Part shown: one piece after another, positions 19,461 through 28,939 of the stretch
How the letters are laid out: every line of letters starts with the position of its first letter
How positions within the stretch are numbered: the stretch's first letter is position 1
NCBI GenBank assembly: GCA_034530875.2
Contig: JAVRCJ020000012.1
Location: 96,001 to 160,000, forward strand
Direction of reading: 5' to 3'
From: Nostoc sp. DedSLP01
GTDB taxonomy: Bacteria > Cyanobacteriota > Cyanobacteriia > Cyanobacteriales > Nostocaceae
Length of the DNA stretch: 64,000 nucleotides
The notes under the pieces: model-generated
The model's database searches: none
What the model was told of the DNA's origin: nothing
Seen by the model: only the letters and a program-made list of their open reading frames with translations
Program-made: the position numbers and the translations under genes

Positions 19461-19825
19461 TAAATGGGTATGTCGTTGGGCTTCAAGCTAGAGTTAATAT
19501 TATTCTCCGCCTTCCGGGGCGACCGGATGTAGAAATAGAGTGTGTCGTCGATACAGGGTTTGAAGGGACTTTAACCTTGCCCCTTGATATTGTTGATGCT
19601 CTCGATTTACCGTATATCACTCGCATCAGAGCTAATCTCGCTGATGACTCCAATGTAATGACGCGAATTCATCTTGCAACAATAATTTGGCATGGAATCG
19701 AGCGTGAGGTTGTGGTGCTGGCGATGGGTCGTCGTCCACTACTTGGAACTGCACTAATCGAAGATTATCACCTCAGTGTAGATTTCTATGAAGGTGGTTC
19801 AGTTGCGATCGATGAGATTTTGTAA
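19457..19825 (+). CDS. Clan AA (retropepsin-like) aspartic protease, AF_0612-like
   Basis: VVDTGFEG catalytic motif, LADDS flap, PLLGTALI. Confidence 0.85.
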   Translation: MINGYVVGLQARVNIILRLPGRPDVEIECVVDTGFEGTLTLPLDIVDALDLPYITRIRANLADDSNVMTRIHLATIIWHGIEREVVVLAMGRRPLLGTALIEDYHLSVDFYEGGSVAIDEIL

Positions 19826-19890
19826 ATTCAAGTACATCGATGGCGGCGTGGCATAACAACCTGGTTTACTAGATTTAATTTGAGAAAACA

Positions 19891-20604
19891 ATGGTGAAGG
19901 GTGCGGCTAAAGAACCTCAAGAAAACGCAGTATCAAATTTGGATGCTGTAAAAATTAAATGGTTTCGCCACCATCTCTCTATATGGGGAACGCAAAACTT
20001 ACGCGATTTTCCTTGGCGGCAGACTTGCGATTTTTACGCAATTCTTGTAGCAGAATATCTGCTGCAAAAAACAGATGCAGTTACGGTTGTTCCTATCTAT
20101 AATATATTTCTCTTGAAATATCCAACGCTTGAGCAACTAGTAAAAGCAAGCATTAATGAATTGAGCGAATTGCTTGAGCCTTTGGGTCTTTTCTTCCGCG
20201 CTGAAAGATTACAAAAGTCTGCTGGTATCATCTTAGAGCAGTATGGCGGAAAAATCCCCGATTCAGAAAAGCAGTTGCTTGAATTACCTGGAATTGGTAA
20301 ATATACAGCTCGTGCTATCTGTTCTCAAGCCTTCAATCAACCGCTAGCCGTACTCGATACTAATGTCGCTCGTATTCTCGAACGCTTCTTTGGCTTGCAA
20401 GGAGAAAGAGTGAAATCGCGCTGTAAAATTCTTTGGGGTGCGGCAGAAATAATTGCTCCCGATGAGGAAGTTGGTAGATGGAATCTAACGTTGCTAGACT
20501 TTGGAGCGATGGTTTGTAAGGCACAAAATCCTCTTTGTAATCATTGCCCTCTTTTAGAGAAGTGCCATTATGCCCAGACAAAAGCAAACGAAAATTACAA
20601 TTAA
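19891..20604 (+). CDS. Short HhH-GPD mismatch DNA glycosylase with a [4Fe-4S] motif (MutY/Mig family)
   Basis: RDFPWR, AEYLLQKT, LPGIGKYTA HhH, LDTNVARIL, C-x6-C-x2-C-x5-C; lacks the MutY C-terminal NUDIX-like domain. Confidence 0.85.
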   Translation: MVKGAAKEPQENAVSNLDAVKIKWFRHHLSIWGTQNLRDFPWRQTCDFYAILVAEYLLQKTDAVTVVPIYNIFLLKYPTLEQLVKASINELSELLEPLGLFFRAERLQKSAGIILEQYGGKIPDSEKQLLELPGIGKYTARAICSQAFNQPLAVLDTNVARILERFFGLQGERVKSRCKILWGAAEIIAPDEEVGRWNLTLLDFGAMVCKAQNPLCNHCPLLEKCHYAQTKANENYN

Positions 20605-20645
20605 CACATTATGTGGATTAGACGCTAAAACCCTTGATTTATCGT

Positions 20646-20676
20646 TGTAGAGACGTTGCAGTGCAACGTCTCTACA
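20646..20676. repeat. GTAG-type REP-like perfect palindrome
   Basis: TGTAGAGACGTTGCA-G-TGCAACGTCTCTACA (15 bp arms). Confidence 0.8.
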
Positions 20677-20834
20677 GGGCGCACTTGGGCAGGGAACAGC
20701 TTGTATGAAAAGTATTAAATTTTTGCTTACTAATTTTACACTAAAATAAGTTTTGTAAATTTTTAGATGATTTTGATTGTTTTCAAGTTGGCTCTGGGCA
20801 AATAACCATGTAAGCACATACATATTCAGGGAAT

Positions 20835-22073
20835 TTGCAGGCTGCAACCCAGAGTGAAATGAACAACAGAGCAAATCAAAGGCATGAAGAACATAATGCA
20901 ATAGAATATCTCTATACAAGATTCAATCAACTGTTGATTGCCCTTGCAGAGATGTTTCGATCGCACAGGTTTGATATTCGAGAGAAAATCTTGCGATTTT
21001 TGCAAACCCTTCAGCTGAACAGAGTTTTTTGCCTGACGTTCAAGCGCTCATCTGTGAAAACACAACCTGCTCCTCTACCTGAGAATGAAGCAGAAAGGCT
21101 CAAAGCATTGGCGGATTACAATATTCTGGACACCCTACCAGAACAAGGATTTGATGACCTGACTGCTCTAGCTGCCTACATTTGTAGGACTCCCATTGCT
21201 GCAATTAGTTTAATCGATCGCGATCGCCAATGGTTTAAATCCAAGGTGGGAGTAAAAGCTAGGGAGATACCTAGAGATTGGTCTATTTGCTCTCATACTA
21301 TTTTGCAACCACAGAAAATATTGGTAGTTAATAACGCCATTAAAGACGAGCGTTTTGCTAACAATCCCTTAGTTAAAAATAATCCTAAAATTCGTTTTTA
21401 TGCTGGTGCGTCGTTAGTTACGCCCGATGGTTTCGCCATAGGAACGTTGTGTGTAATTGATATTATTCCTCGTCATCTGAGTTACCAACAGTTAGATGCA
21501 CTGCACCGCCTCAGCCGTCAGGCTATTGCCCAAATAGAACTCATCCAGCAAATTCGCAACCGCAAACAAGCAGAATTTGAAGGAAGGCAATTATCACTAA
21601 TAGATGAATTAACAGGTTTGCATAATCGGCGTGGTTTTTTCTTACTGGCCGAACAACAATTGAGAATTGCTCGGCGGATGAAACTGTTGTGCTGGGTAGT
21701 GTTTATTGATTTAGACGGATTAAAACAAATTAATGACACTCTCGGTCACGATACGGGAGATGCCTTAATTATTGATGCTGGTCAATTGCTCAAACAAAGT
21801 TTTCGTAAATCAGATATTATTGCTCGTTTGGGCGGAGATGAATTCATTGTTTTCATCACTAGCTACTTCAAAAATGCAGATGCGATACAAGCACATTTGC
21901 AAGCAAATATTGCCAACTTCAATCAACAACAAAACCGTAGCTATCAACTTTCTATGAGTATAGGAATAGAGTGTTACTTGCCAGGAAGCAATATGTCGTT
22001 AGAGGAATTAGTTACCAGGTCTGACGAGTTGATGTACGCTCAAAAACGCCTCAAAAGGCAATCTATTCTGTGA
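20835..22073 (+). CDS. GAF-GGDEF diguanylate cyclase (start uncertain)
   Basis: NEAERLKAL...[39 protein letters not shown]-site, RLGGDEF. Confidence 0.9.
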   Translation: MQAATQSEMNNRANQRHEEHNAIEYLYTRFNQLLIALAEMFRSHRFDIREKILRFLQTLQLNRVFCLTFKRSSVKTQPAPLPENEAERLKALADYNILDTLPEQGFDDLTALAAYICRTPIAAISLIDRDRQWFKSKVGVKAREIPRDWSICSHTILQPQKILVVNNAIKDERFANNPLVKNNPKIRFYAGASLVTPDGFAIGTLCVIDIIPRHLSYQQLDALHRLSRQAIAQIELIQQIRNRKQAEFEGRQLSLIDELTGLHNRRGFFLLAEQQLRIARRMKLLCWVVFIDLDGLKQINDTLGHDTGDALIIDAGQLLKQSFRKSDIIARLGGDEFIVFITSYFKNADAIQAHLQANIANFNQQQNRSYQLSMSIGIECYLPGSNMSLEELVTRSDELMYAQKRLKRQSIL

Positions 22074-22206
22074 TATGGGAATCGGGTTTGATTTGGAGAA
22101 TTTATTTGTGTAGGTAGGGAGTAGGGAATGGGGAGTAGGGAGTGGTAAAGAAGCCTTGTTTGGGTATACTGATGTTTTTTCACCAAATCAAATATCAGTC
22201 CCATAT
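22074..22206 (-). mobile_element. MITE family A, copy 2
   Basis: Reverse-complement match to 26739-26869; starts immediately after the GGDEF stop codon. Confidence 0.8.
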
Positions 22207-22245
22207 CATATCCGGCTAATTACTTGTGATTAAAATCTCTTTGCG

Positions 22246-23736
22246 TCACCGCGTCTCACCCTCCCCGCGTCTTCCCATCCCTCCCGCCATCAATAAACCA
22301 ATCTCCTCCACCGTTGCGGTTTGTGCATCTAAAACAGCGACAAACTCACCTCTGTAGATTACGGCAATACGATCGCTCATTGCCATTACTTCTTCTAACT
22401 CAGTAGAAATATACAAAATTGCTGCGCCGCGATCGCACTCTTGTAATAATCGAGAATGTACTGCTTGTGTTGCTCCCACATCTAAGCCGCGTGTTGGTTG
22501 CATGGCGATAATTAAATCTGGTTTCTCGGCAAGTTCCCGCGCCAAAACTATTTTTTGTTGGTTTCCTCCGGAGAGGCGAGTTACTTCCACATCCTCAGTT
22601 ATGGCGCGAATATCAAATTCTTGTATGGTAGATTTGGCATAATTGGCGATCGCTTTTTTTTGCAATAAAAAATAACGGCAAAATGGCAGCTGGCGAAAGC
22701 TTTTCAAAATTAAATTTTCAGCAATACTAAATTGCAATACTAAGCCTGTTTTGTGCCTATCTTCTGGTATGTATGCAATCTTCGCTTGTCGTGGAAAAAA
22801 CTCTATTTTTCCGCGTTTTTTGCTGCGTAATAGAGCAATTGCATCTGCTAATTCGCGCTGTCCGTTTCCATCTACACCAGCAATTCCTAAAATTTCTCCT
22901 GCTCTGAGTTGAAATGATATATCGCGTACAGTATTTAAACCTCGTTCATCTACAACGTGTAAATTCTGTACCGACAATATTATTTTACCTGGTGAAACTG
23001 GAGATTTATTAAGTTGTAAAGTTACTTCGCGCCCTACCATTAATTCTGCTAACTCTTCAGGCGTTGCTGCTTGAGTTGTTGTAGTTGCTACTACTTTTCC
23101 TTGACGCAATACTGTTACTGTATCGCAGAGATTCATCACCTCTTCTAACTTATGGCTAATAAAAATAATTGTCTTACCAGCAGATGCAAGTTGACGCAAG
23201 ATATTCATTAATGAAGCAACTTCCGGCGGCGTTAAAACTGCTGTTGGTTCGTCGAGAATCAATAATTTTGCTTGCCGATAAAGCACTTTGAGAATTTCTA
23301 CGCGCTGTTGCACTCCTACTGATAAATTTTCCACCTTTGCAGCAGGGTCAATTGCTAATCCGTAAGCTTCAGATAAGGTAGCAATTTCTTGTTGTTTTTG
23401 AAGTAGATTTAAACGCCAGTTGTTATTTGTCCCTAAGATAATATTTTCTGTAACAGTCAACTGTGGTATCAACATAAAGTGTTGATAAATCATGCCAATG
23501 CCCAGTTTAATAGCTTCATTAGGTGAAGTAATTTTTACTGGTTGTCCGTTAAGATAAATTTCACCACTATCCGGTTGATAAAGACCACTAATAATATTCA
23601 TCAAAGTAGTCTTACCTGCTCCATTTTCGCCTAAAATTGCATGGATTGTCCCGGCTTCAATGCTCAGAGTAATGTTATCGTTAGCAATAAATGAACCAAA
23701 TGATTTAGAGATTGTTTCTAAGCGTAAATATGACAT
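22246..23736 (-). CDS. Nucleoside/sugar (CUT2-type) ABC transporter ATP-binding protein with two NBDs
   Basis: GENGAGKT, LILDEPT, ISHKL, YIPEDR, LSGGNQQK and QPTRGLD motifs. Confidence 0.95.
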   Translation of the reverse strand: MSYLRLETISKSFGSFIANDNITLSIEAGTIHAILGENGAGKTTLMNIISGLYQPDSGEIYLNGQPVKITSPNEAIKLGIGMIYQHFMLIPQLTVTENIILGTNNNWRLNLLQKQQEIATLSEAYGLAIDPAAKVENLSVGVQQRVEILKVLYRQAKLLILDEPTAVLTPPEVASLMNILRQLASAGKTIIFISHKLEEVMNLCDTVTVLRQGKVVATTTTQAATPEELAELMVGREVTLQLNKSPVSPGKIILSVQNLHVVDERGLNTVRDISFQLRAGEILGIAGVDGNGQRELADAIALLRSKKRGKIEFFPRQAKIAYIPEDRHKTGLVLQFSIAENLILKSFRQLPFCRYFLLQKKAIANYAKSTIQEFDIRAITEDVEVTRLSGGNQQKIVLARELAEKPDLIIAMQPTRGLDVGATQAVHSRLLQECDRGAAILYISTELEEVMAMSDRIAVIYRGEFVAVLDAQTATVEEIGLLMAGGMGRRGEGETR

Positions 23737-23748
23737 GTAATTAGATAT

Positions 23749-24459
23749 TTAACGTAGCATTGCAACCATTTGCGATCGTGCAGAAACATTAAGCTTTAGG
23801 AACATCCGTTTTAGAGCTTGCTTGACACCGTTATTACTGATACCAAGTTTCAAAGCAATTTCGTTATTATTTAATCCTCTAGCAACTAAATCTGCAATTT
23901 GTAATTCACGTTTTGTTAGGCAAGTACGAACAGAAGCGCTAGTTTGAGAAGATTGCGATCGCAATGTTGCCAAACATACACAAAGGTGAGTATTTAAAGC
24001 AGTAATACTCCTTAAATCTTCTTCTGCAAAACCTGGCATTCCTTTTGTTCGTAAAAAGTGAATTTTGCCAATAATTTCACCTTGACCGAGCAAGGGAGCA
24101 ATCATACCATGCTCGAAATCATAGCGCGACCACAAATGTTGATAAACTTTGGTTTGCTTCCAACTAGCAACAGAATTAACTAATAGATTGTGTACGGGAA
24201 TATGCTGCTCAACCATACAAGACATCATGGGGTCAGCTTGCCAACCAATTTCGCTATATTGGTCGATGAATCGTTCTGGTAATCCTTTGAGATCCAGTGC
24301 AGTCAGTTGATGATTGTTATCGAAAAAAGCAATACCCCAAGAGTTTGCATGAAATAATCTGCCAGCTTCTTCCATGAAATGCGATCGCAACTCTGACTCG
24401 TTCTTCGCAAGTGACAGCAAATGAAAAAAGTTTGCAAAGGCTTGATGCTTGAGATTCAT
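23749..24459 (-). CDS. GAF-like sensor plus LuxR-type HTH transcriptional regulator
   Basis: C-terminal LTKRELQIADLVARGLNNNEIA..LGIS...VKQALKRMFLKL. Confidence 0.9.
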   Translation of the reverse strand: MNLKHQAFANFFHLLSLAKNESELRSHFMEEAGRLFHANSWGIAFFDNNHQLTALDLKGLPERFIDQYSEIGWQADPMMSCMVEQHIPVHNLLVNSVASWKQTKVYQHLWSRYDFEHGMIAPLLGQGEIIGKIHFLRTKGMPGFAEEDLRSITALNTHLCVCLATLRSQSSQTSASVRTCLTKRELQIADLVARGLNNNEIALKLGISNNGVKQALKRMFLKLNVSARSQMVAMLR

Positions 24460-24465
24460 AACCCT

Positions 24466-24481
24466 GTACTCAACTGGGTAC
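24466..24481. promoter_or_regulatory. Putative operator palindrome between the divergent LuxR and SnoaL genes
   Basis: GTACTCA-AC-TGGGTAC imperfect inverted repeat. Confidence 0.5.
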
Positions 24482-24552
24482 TAGTCATTTTAAAGCATTA
24501 TCCATAACATACATCTGTATCAGTCCATTGTGCGGATTTTACAAATAGTTTA

Positions 24553-25026
24553 ATGGGAGCTATCGACATGACTACCAGCCAGACCATTGAGAAATTTATA
24601 GAATTGCTGTGGAATCAACGTCAGCTAAATTTAGCAGATGAGTTATTCTCAGATGATTTCATTGCTCGTCCATTTGCACACCAGCCGATTTGGAATGGTA
24701 CTGGCCCAGAAAGCATGAAGCATCATATCCAAGAATGGTTGGAAGGAGTACCAGATTTACACATGAAAGCACTAAATATTTTAGTGCAAGGAAATCAAAG
24801 CTTTGTCAGGTGGGAGATGACAGGCACTCATAAAGGTGTTCTCTACGGGATTCCGTCTACTGGCAAAACAATTAAAGCGTTAGGAATTACTTTTTTTGAG
24901 GTTAAGGATGGCAAAATTCGAGAACTACAAACCCTATTTGATGCCTTAGGTTTAATGCAACAATTGGATATCGTTCCAAATGTGGGAATATTAATCCAAA
25001 ATTATCTCAAGCAACTTGAATCTTAA
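24553..25026 (+). CDS. SnoaL-like / ester cyclase (NTF2 fold) protein
   Basis: PDLH, VRWEMTGTHKG..YGIPSTGK, DGKIRE and DALGLMQQL motifs. Confidence 0.9.
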   Translation: MGAIDMTTSQTIEKFIELLWNQRQLNLADELFSDDFIARPFAHQPIWNGTGPESMKHHIQEWLEGVPDLHMKALNILVQGNQSFVRWEMTGTHKGVLYGIPSTGKTIKALGITFFEVKDGKIRELQTLFDALGLMQQLDIVPNVGILIQNYLKQLES

Positions 25027-26078
25027 GTATTTTCATTTTTCACACAACGCGTATCTTTACCACCCTCTTTGCAGTTTTCAAAGGTAATTTTTTTATCGAC
25101 AATTTGCTGTTTTGCATTCAAAGCCTTTTGTTTAACTGCTTCTGGAACTGCTGCTCCAAATTTTCCTAAATTTAATATATCTGGTCTTTCGAGACCAATT
25201 GTATATATTTGTCCTTTAATTTGTTTTTGTTTTGCCAATTCTGCTAGATACGCTATTGCTATATCTAGACGCTTGACGGCGCTAGTTAAAACTGCTTTTG
25301 GGGCAACATCTAACTGGTCTTTAGTATTACCAAAAGCATAGACTCCTTTATCGCTGGCAGTTTGTAATACTGCGGCTGAGGCGTTATCTAACCATTGATA
25401 GATGACATCTGCTCCGGTTGAAATTATAGCCAGGGTTGCTTCCTTTCCTTTAGCAACATCATTCCAGTCTCCCGTAAAAGTGGAAGAAATCTGAATATTT
25501 GGCTTGACAGATTTTGCTCCTAATTCAAATCCCCGTAATTCTTGTTGAGTGGCTTCAAATTCCTGTCCGGCAATATAAGCTAACTTGTTGGATTTAGTTA
25601 AAGAAGCGCCGATAATGCCACACAAATAACTACCTTGTAGGTGGTCTATTCGCAAAGCAGCAATGTTATTACCCTTGATAGAACCGTTAACAGCAACAAA
25701 GAATGTATTGGGAAACTGCGAAGCAACTTGTTCTACCGCTGCATCAAATTGTCCGCCGTGGGCAAATACTATACTGTAGCCTTTACGAGCAAAATCTGTT
25801 AGAGTTTCTGCCTGGTCTGCTTGTGCTACTTGTTCTGCATAAGCAACTTCTGCACCCAGCTTTTGTTTTGCCAAGTTTACACCTTCGTAACCAGATTGAT
25901 TCCAGGCTTTATCGGTGATGACTCCAGGCAGAGCGATCGCTATTTTAAATTTTTCTCCACCACCTGCATTACTTTGTGTAGTAGTTTGGTTATTGCTACT
26001 GCAAGCTTTTATCGTTAGGCTGCTAGCAAATATACCTGAAGCATAGATAAATTCACGCCGACCAAAGTTTACCGCCAT
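25023..26078 (-). CDS. BMP-family ABC substrate-binding lipoprotein (nucleoside/purine type)
   Basis: Twin-Arg signal with lipobox (RREF...IKAC), DKAWNQSGYEG, TGDWND, GADVIY. Confidence 0.9.
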   Translation of the reverse strand: MAVNFGRREFIYASGIFASSLTIKACSSNNQTTTQSNAGGGEKFKIAIALPGVITDKAWNQSGYEGVNLAKQKLGAEVAYAEQVAQADQAETLTDFARKGYSIVFAHGGQFDAAVEQVASQFPNTFFVAVNGSIKGNNIAALRIDHLQGSYLCGIIGASLTKSNKLAYIAGQEFEATQQELRGFELGAKSVKPNIQISSTFTGDWNDVAKGKEATLAIISTGADVIYQWLDNASAAVLQTASDKGVYAFGNTKDQLDVAPKAVLTSAVKRLDIAIAYLAELAKQKQIKGQIYTIGLERPDILNLGKFGAAVPEAVKQKALNAKQQIVDKKITFENCKEGGKDTRCVKNENT

Positions 26079-26198
26079 AAACTATTCCTCAAGTTAATAC
26101 TTTTTTAGTAACAACATATATACATTAAAACTTGCAGAACATTTAGTATTCTAAAATGATGAATATCTTTTTTGAGAAAAGTTTTGAGGGAATGCTTT

Positions 26199-26405
26199 AT
26201 GACTATTTGGGTAAATGAGCAAATCGATCCATCTGGCATGATTCATGCTTGTATTGCTTGTTGTAACGAATCTCAAGCCAAAGATTGTCATCATTCATTT
26301 GACAATAATTTGACCCAGAGGCAAAAAGCCGATGGTTGGGTAGCGCGATTACGCACAGTCAATTCTTGGGATGAAGTTCCAGTCAATTCTTTAAAACTCA
26401 ATTAA
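26199..26405 (+). CDS. Small conserved cyanobacterial hypothetical protein (68 aa)
   Basis: MTIWVNEQIDPSG...CIACC...W..VPVNSLKL; ATG at 26199 preceded by GAGGG. Confidence 0.7.
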   Translation: MTIWVNEQIDPSGMIHACIACCNESQAKDCHHSFDNNLTQRQKADGWVARLRTVNSWDEVPVNSLKLN

Positions 26406-26738
26406 GTAAGATTCACCAATTCAGGAGTCAGAATTCGTAAGTAAAACAGGCTTCATGTCTGGTTGACGAACCTAGCTTATCTACTTCACCCTTCTTGAAA
26501 GCTGCTGTAAGTAGCTGCCTTTAAAAGTAGCCAAACAGCTTAAGCATATCCTGGAAGGCTAGATTAATTTTATTTTTTCTGCCGACCTTTCGGCTCAACT
26601 TCAACGCGGTTTGCCTTACCAGATGCTTGTTGAAAAACTTCTAAATAAAAAACATCGAATCACTGCAAAACAAAGAGACAAGGAAGAATTTACTTCTTTG
26701 TCTCTTTTTAAAACTTACAGACTGAAGCCTGAAAGCTA

Positions 26739-26869
26739 TATAGGACTCACATTTGATTGCGTGAAAAAAAACAGTACATCCAGACAAGGCTGCTATCCTA
26801 CTCCCTACTCCCCATCCCCTACTCCCTGTCTACACAAATAAATTCTCCAAATTAAACCGGATTCCTATA
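26739..26869 (+). mobile_element. MITE family A, copy 3
   Basis: TATAGGACTCACATTTGATT ... AATTAAACCGGATTCCTATA; TA at both ends. Confidence 0.85.
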
Positions 26870-27123
26870 TCCCCCTTAAAAAGGCTATGGTGTACGCACA
26901 TCTTTTAATGAATTGTCTGTGGCATTTTTAGAACAAAGGTAGCAAATCCTATTTAAAGAGGTTAATAAAGGATAAAAATCAGATTAAAATAATCAAATTA
27001 TTCACAACTACTGACAACAAAACTAATTTATTATAGAAATCTGATGATTTTTTGGCTCTATTAAGAGCTATCATCTATACCGTAGATTAAATTAAAAAAC
27101 TTGCTTTCAACCGAATCAGTTTA

Positions 27124-27681
27124 GTGAACTATCCCAGAGTTTACATTTCGGAGCAAGGCTATCCCATTAATTTAGTTGGCGAAACGGGACAAGCGGTTCA
27201 AATCTCAATTCATCCCCCCAGTCAATATATCTGTGCCAACTGCGAACGGATATTACCAGATTGGAAACGGCAGCCATTTTTACGAGTAGCAATCGTTTTA
27301 CAACAATCGCGTTATCAATTAGTGGAAAAGACTGCCCAAATAGAGGCAGAGAAAGAACGCTTGCGGGAAAAGTTTATGAGATTTGGCTTTGATTTGGCAT
27401 TTAATCTGCGCGATCGCGGCTATCTCACAGACTTAATCGATCCTCGCACAGGCTATCCTTTATTATCCCATCCCGGTGCAATTCCCCACGACGACACAGC
27501 AGTTGTTCAAGCTTTACTTAACTATCCAGTAATTAAAAATCAATGCCGCCTGTTAATCCATCCCCAATGGGGTGCAGCAGTTTATCCTGGCATTTTGATA
27601 TCAGAAGCTCCGCCAATTGTAATTGAATGCGTTATTAAAGCGATAGCTGTCATGCATGGTTGGAAGGAAGTTGATTATTAG
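27124..27681 (+). CDS. MMADHC/CblD-like protein
   Basis: EKERLREKF, LRDRGYLTDLIDPRTGYP, CRLLIHPQWGAAVYPG motifs. Confidence 0.75.
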   Translation: MNYPRVYISEQGYPINLVGETGQAVQISIHPPSQYICANCERILPDWKRQPFLRVAIVLQQSRYQLVEKTAQIEAEKERLREKFMRFGFDLAFNLRDRGYLTDLIDPRTGYPLLSHPGAIPHDDTAVVQALLNYPVIKNQCRLLIHPQWGAAVYPGILISEAPPIVIECVIKAIAVMHGWKEVDY

Positions 27682-27733
27682 TCATTGGTCATTAGTCATT
27701 AGTCATTAGTCATTAGTTATTGGTCATTGGTCG
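27679..27733 (+). repeat. STRR2-type heptamer tandem array (T[A/G]GTCAT)n
   Basis: About 8 units directly after the stop codon. Confidence 0.9.
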
Positions 27734-27798
27734 GGCGATACTTCTTCATTCAGATATATTGGAAATGAGAAGAATAAAAAACAAGCATTATAGAATCT

Positions 27799-28821
27799 GT
27801 GTCTGTAGGCAACTTATTCCAAGAAGTTAGGACAGTAGAAGCTTCTCATAATGCGGCTTACTACTTTCCCGTGATGAGTGGACGCTATGAAGTGAAGCCA
27901 GGGATGATGCCTTTTGGCTGCTGTTTGGGTAACACTCAGGCTGATGGACAGGTATTTCAAATTGATGATAATTTTACCCACTACCGTCAAGCTAAAGTTT
28001 TAGCGCGTGGGGAAAGGTTGAGTAAGTACTACCAAACGTGCAATTATTCTCAGGCTGTGGCAAGTGCGATCGCTCGTTTAATAATTAATCGTCTCATTCA
28101 AGAACACCCAAATTATTTTGAGTGCGAAAAGTTAATAGATAACACCCTGAAATTTCATAGCCAACTTACTAAAGAAACACTCTATTTAGACGCACAGTTG
28201 CAGTTACAAAAAGTTGAGTGTAGTTCTGTTGTTCCTGCTTACGCCTCTACCCTTGATGCTTTAGCAGCGCAAGTACAAGAAGACCTGACAATTATTTGCC
28301 GTTGTGCTGATGGTAGGAATTGGTTGAGTGCAGTTCATCTTTGCTATCCCAACCACTGGTCTGCGGAAGAGAAAATTGGCAAAGACTTTGCGACGATACA
28401 CACGCCTGTAGCGGGTATGGAAAAAATAAATCGGCGTGCAGGTGCGATCGCTCATACAATGATTGCTCGCAAACCAATGGTACGCTTTGCTTGGGGTTTG
28501 AGTACCGATAGCCGCCTCAACCACCATCCCGAACCACCGCCTGGGGTGTCGCTTACCCAATGGCAAGGTAGAAACTTTGATTTACAAAATCCCAGGCTTT
28601 ATCTGCGAATTGAACGACAGGTAATTTGGGGAATACCAGAGTGTGAAGCCGCACTGTTTACTATTCGTACTTACTTTAGAGATTGTGCTGTAGTTAAAAA
28701 AGATTTAGCGTTAAATTCTAAACTTTATGCTGCAATTGAATCTATGTCGCCAGAAGCTCTAACATATAAGGGTTTAGTAGAAAGTAAAGCTACTATTTTA
28801 CAGTGGTTACGAGATATTTAA
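27799..28821 (+). CDS. DUF3445 / heme-dependent oxidative N-demethylase alpha-subunit-like protein
   Basis: QVQEDL, LCYPNHW...EKIGK.F..IH.PV, RFAWG, LRIERQ and LFTIRTY motifs. Confidence 0.8.
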   Translation: MSVGNLFQEVRTVEASHNAAYYFPVMSGRYEVKPGMMPFGCCLGNTQADGQVFQIDDNFTHYRQAKVLARGERLSKYYQTCNYSQAVASAIARLIINRLIQEHPNYFECEKLIDNTLKFHSQLTKETLYLDAQLQLQKVECSSVVPAYASTLDALAAQVQEDLTIICRCADGRNWLSAVHLCYPNHWSAEEKIGKDFATIHTPVAGMEKINRRAGAIAHTMIARKPMVRFAWGLSTDSRLNHHPEPPPGVSLTQWQGRNFDLQNPRLYLRIERQVIWGIPECEAALFTIRTYFRDCAVVKKDLALNSKLYAAIESMSPEALTYKGLVESKATILQWLRDI

Positions 28822-28939
28822 CGTACAAAACATTAGGATAAAAAAGGCGATCGCCAATCTCAGCTTTACCGCAAAATTTATACCAATATAAAAGTATTAT
28901 TTAAAATTGGTATAAAAAAGCAAATAATTAAAACTCAAA

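Noticed and set aside
26611..26841. 76 aa ORF (and the similar 71 aa ORF at 53995-54210)
   Set aside because: Both read through MITE family A sequence and are probably spurious.
27679..27733. Tandem repeats as CRISPR or a novel repeat
   Set aside because: Spacer-less heptamers matching the known STRR class.
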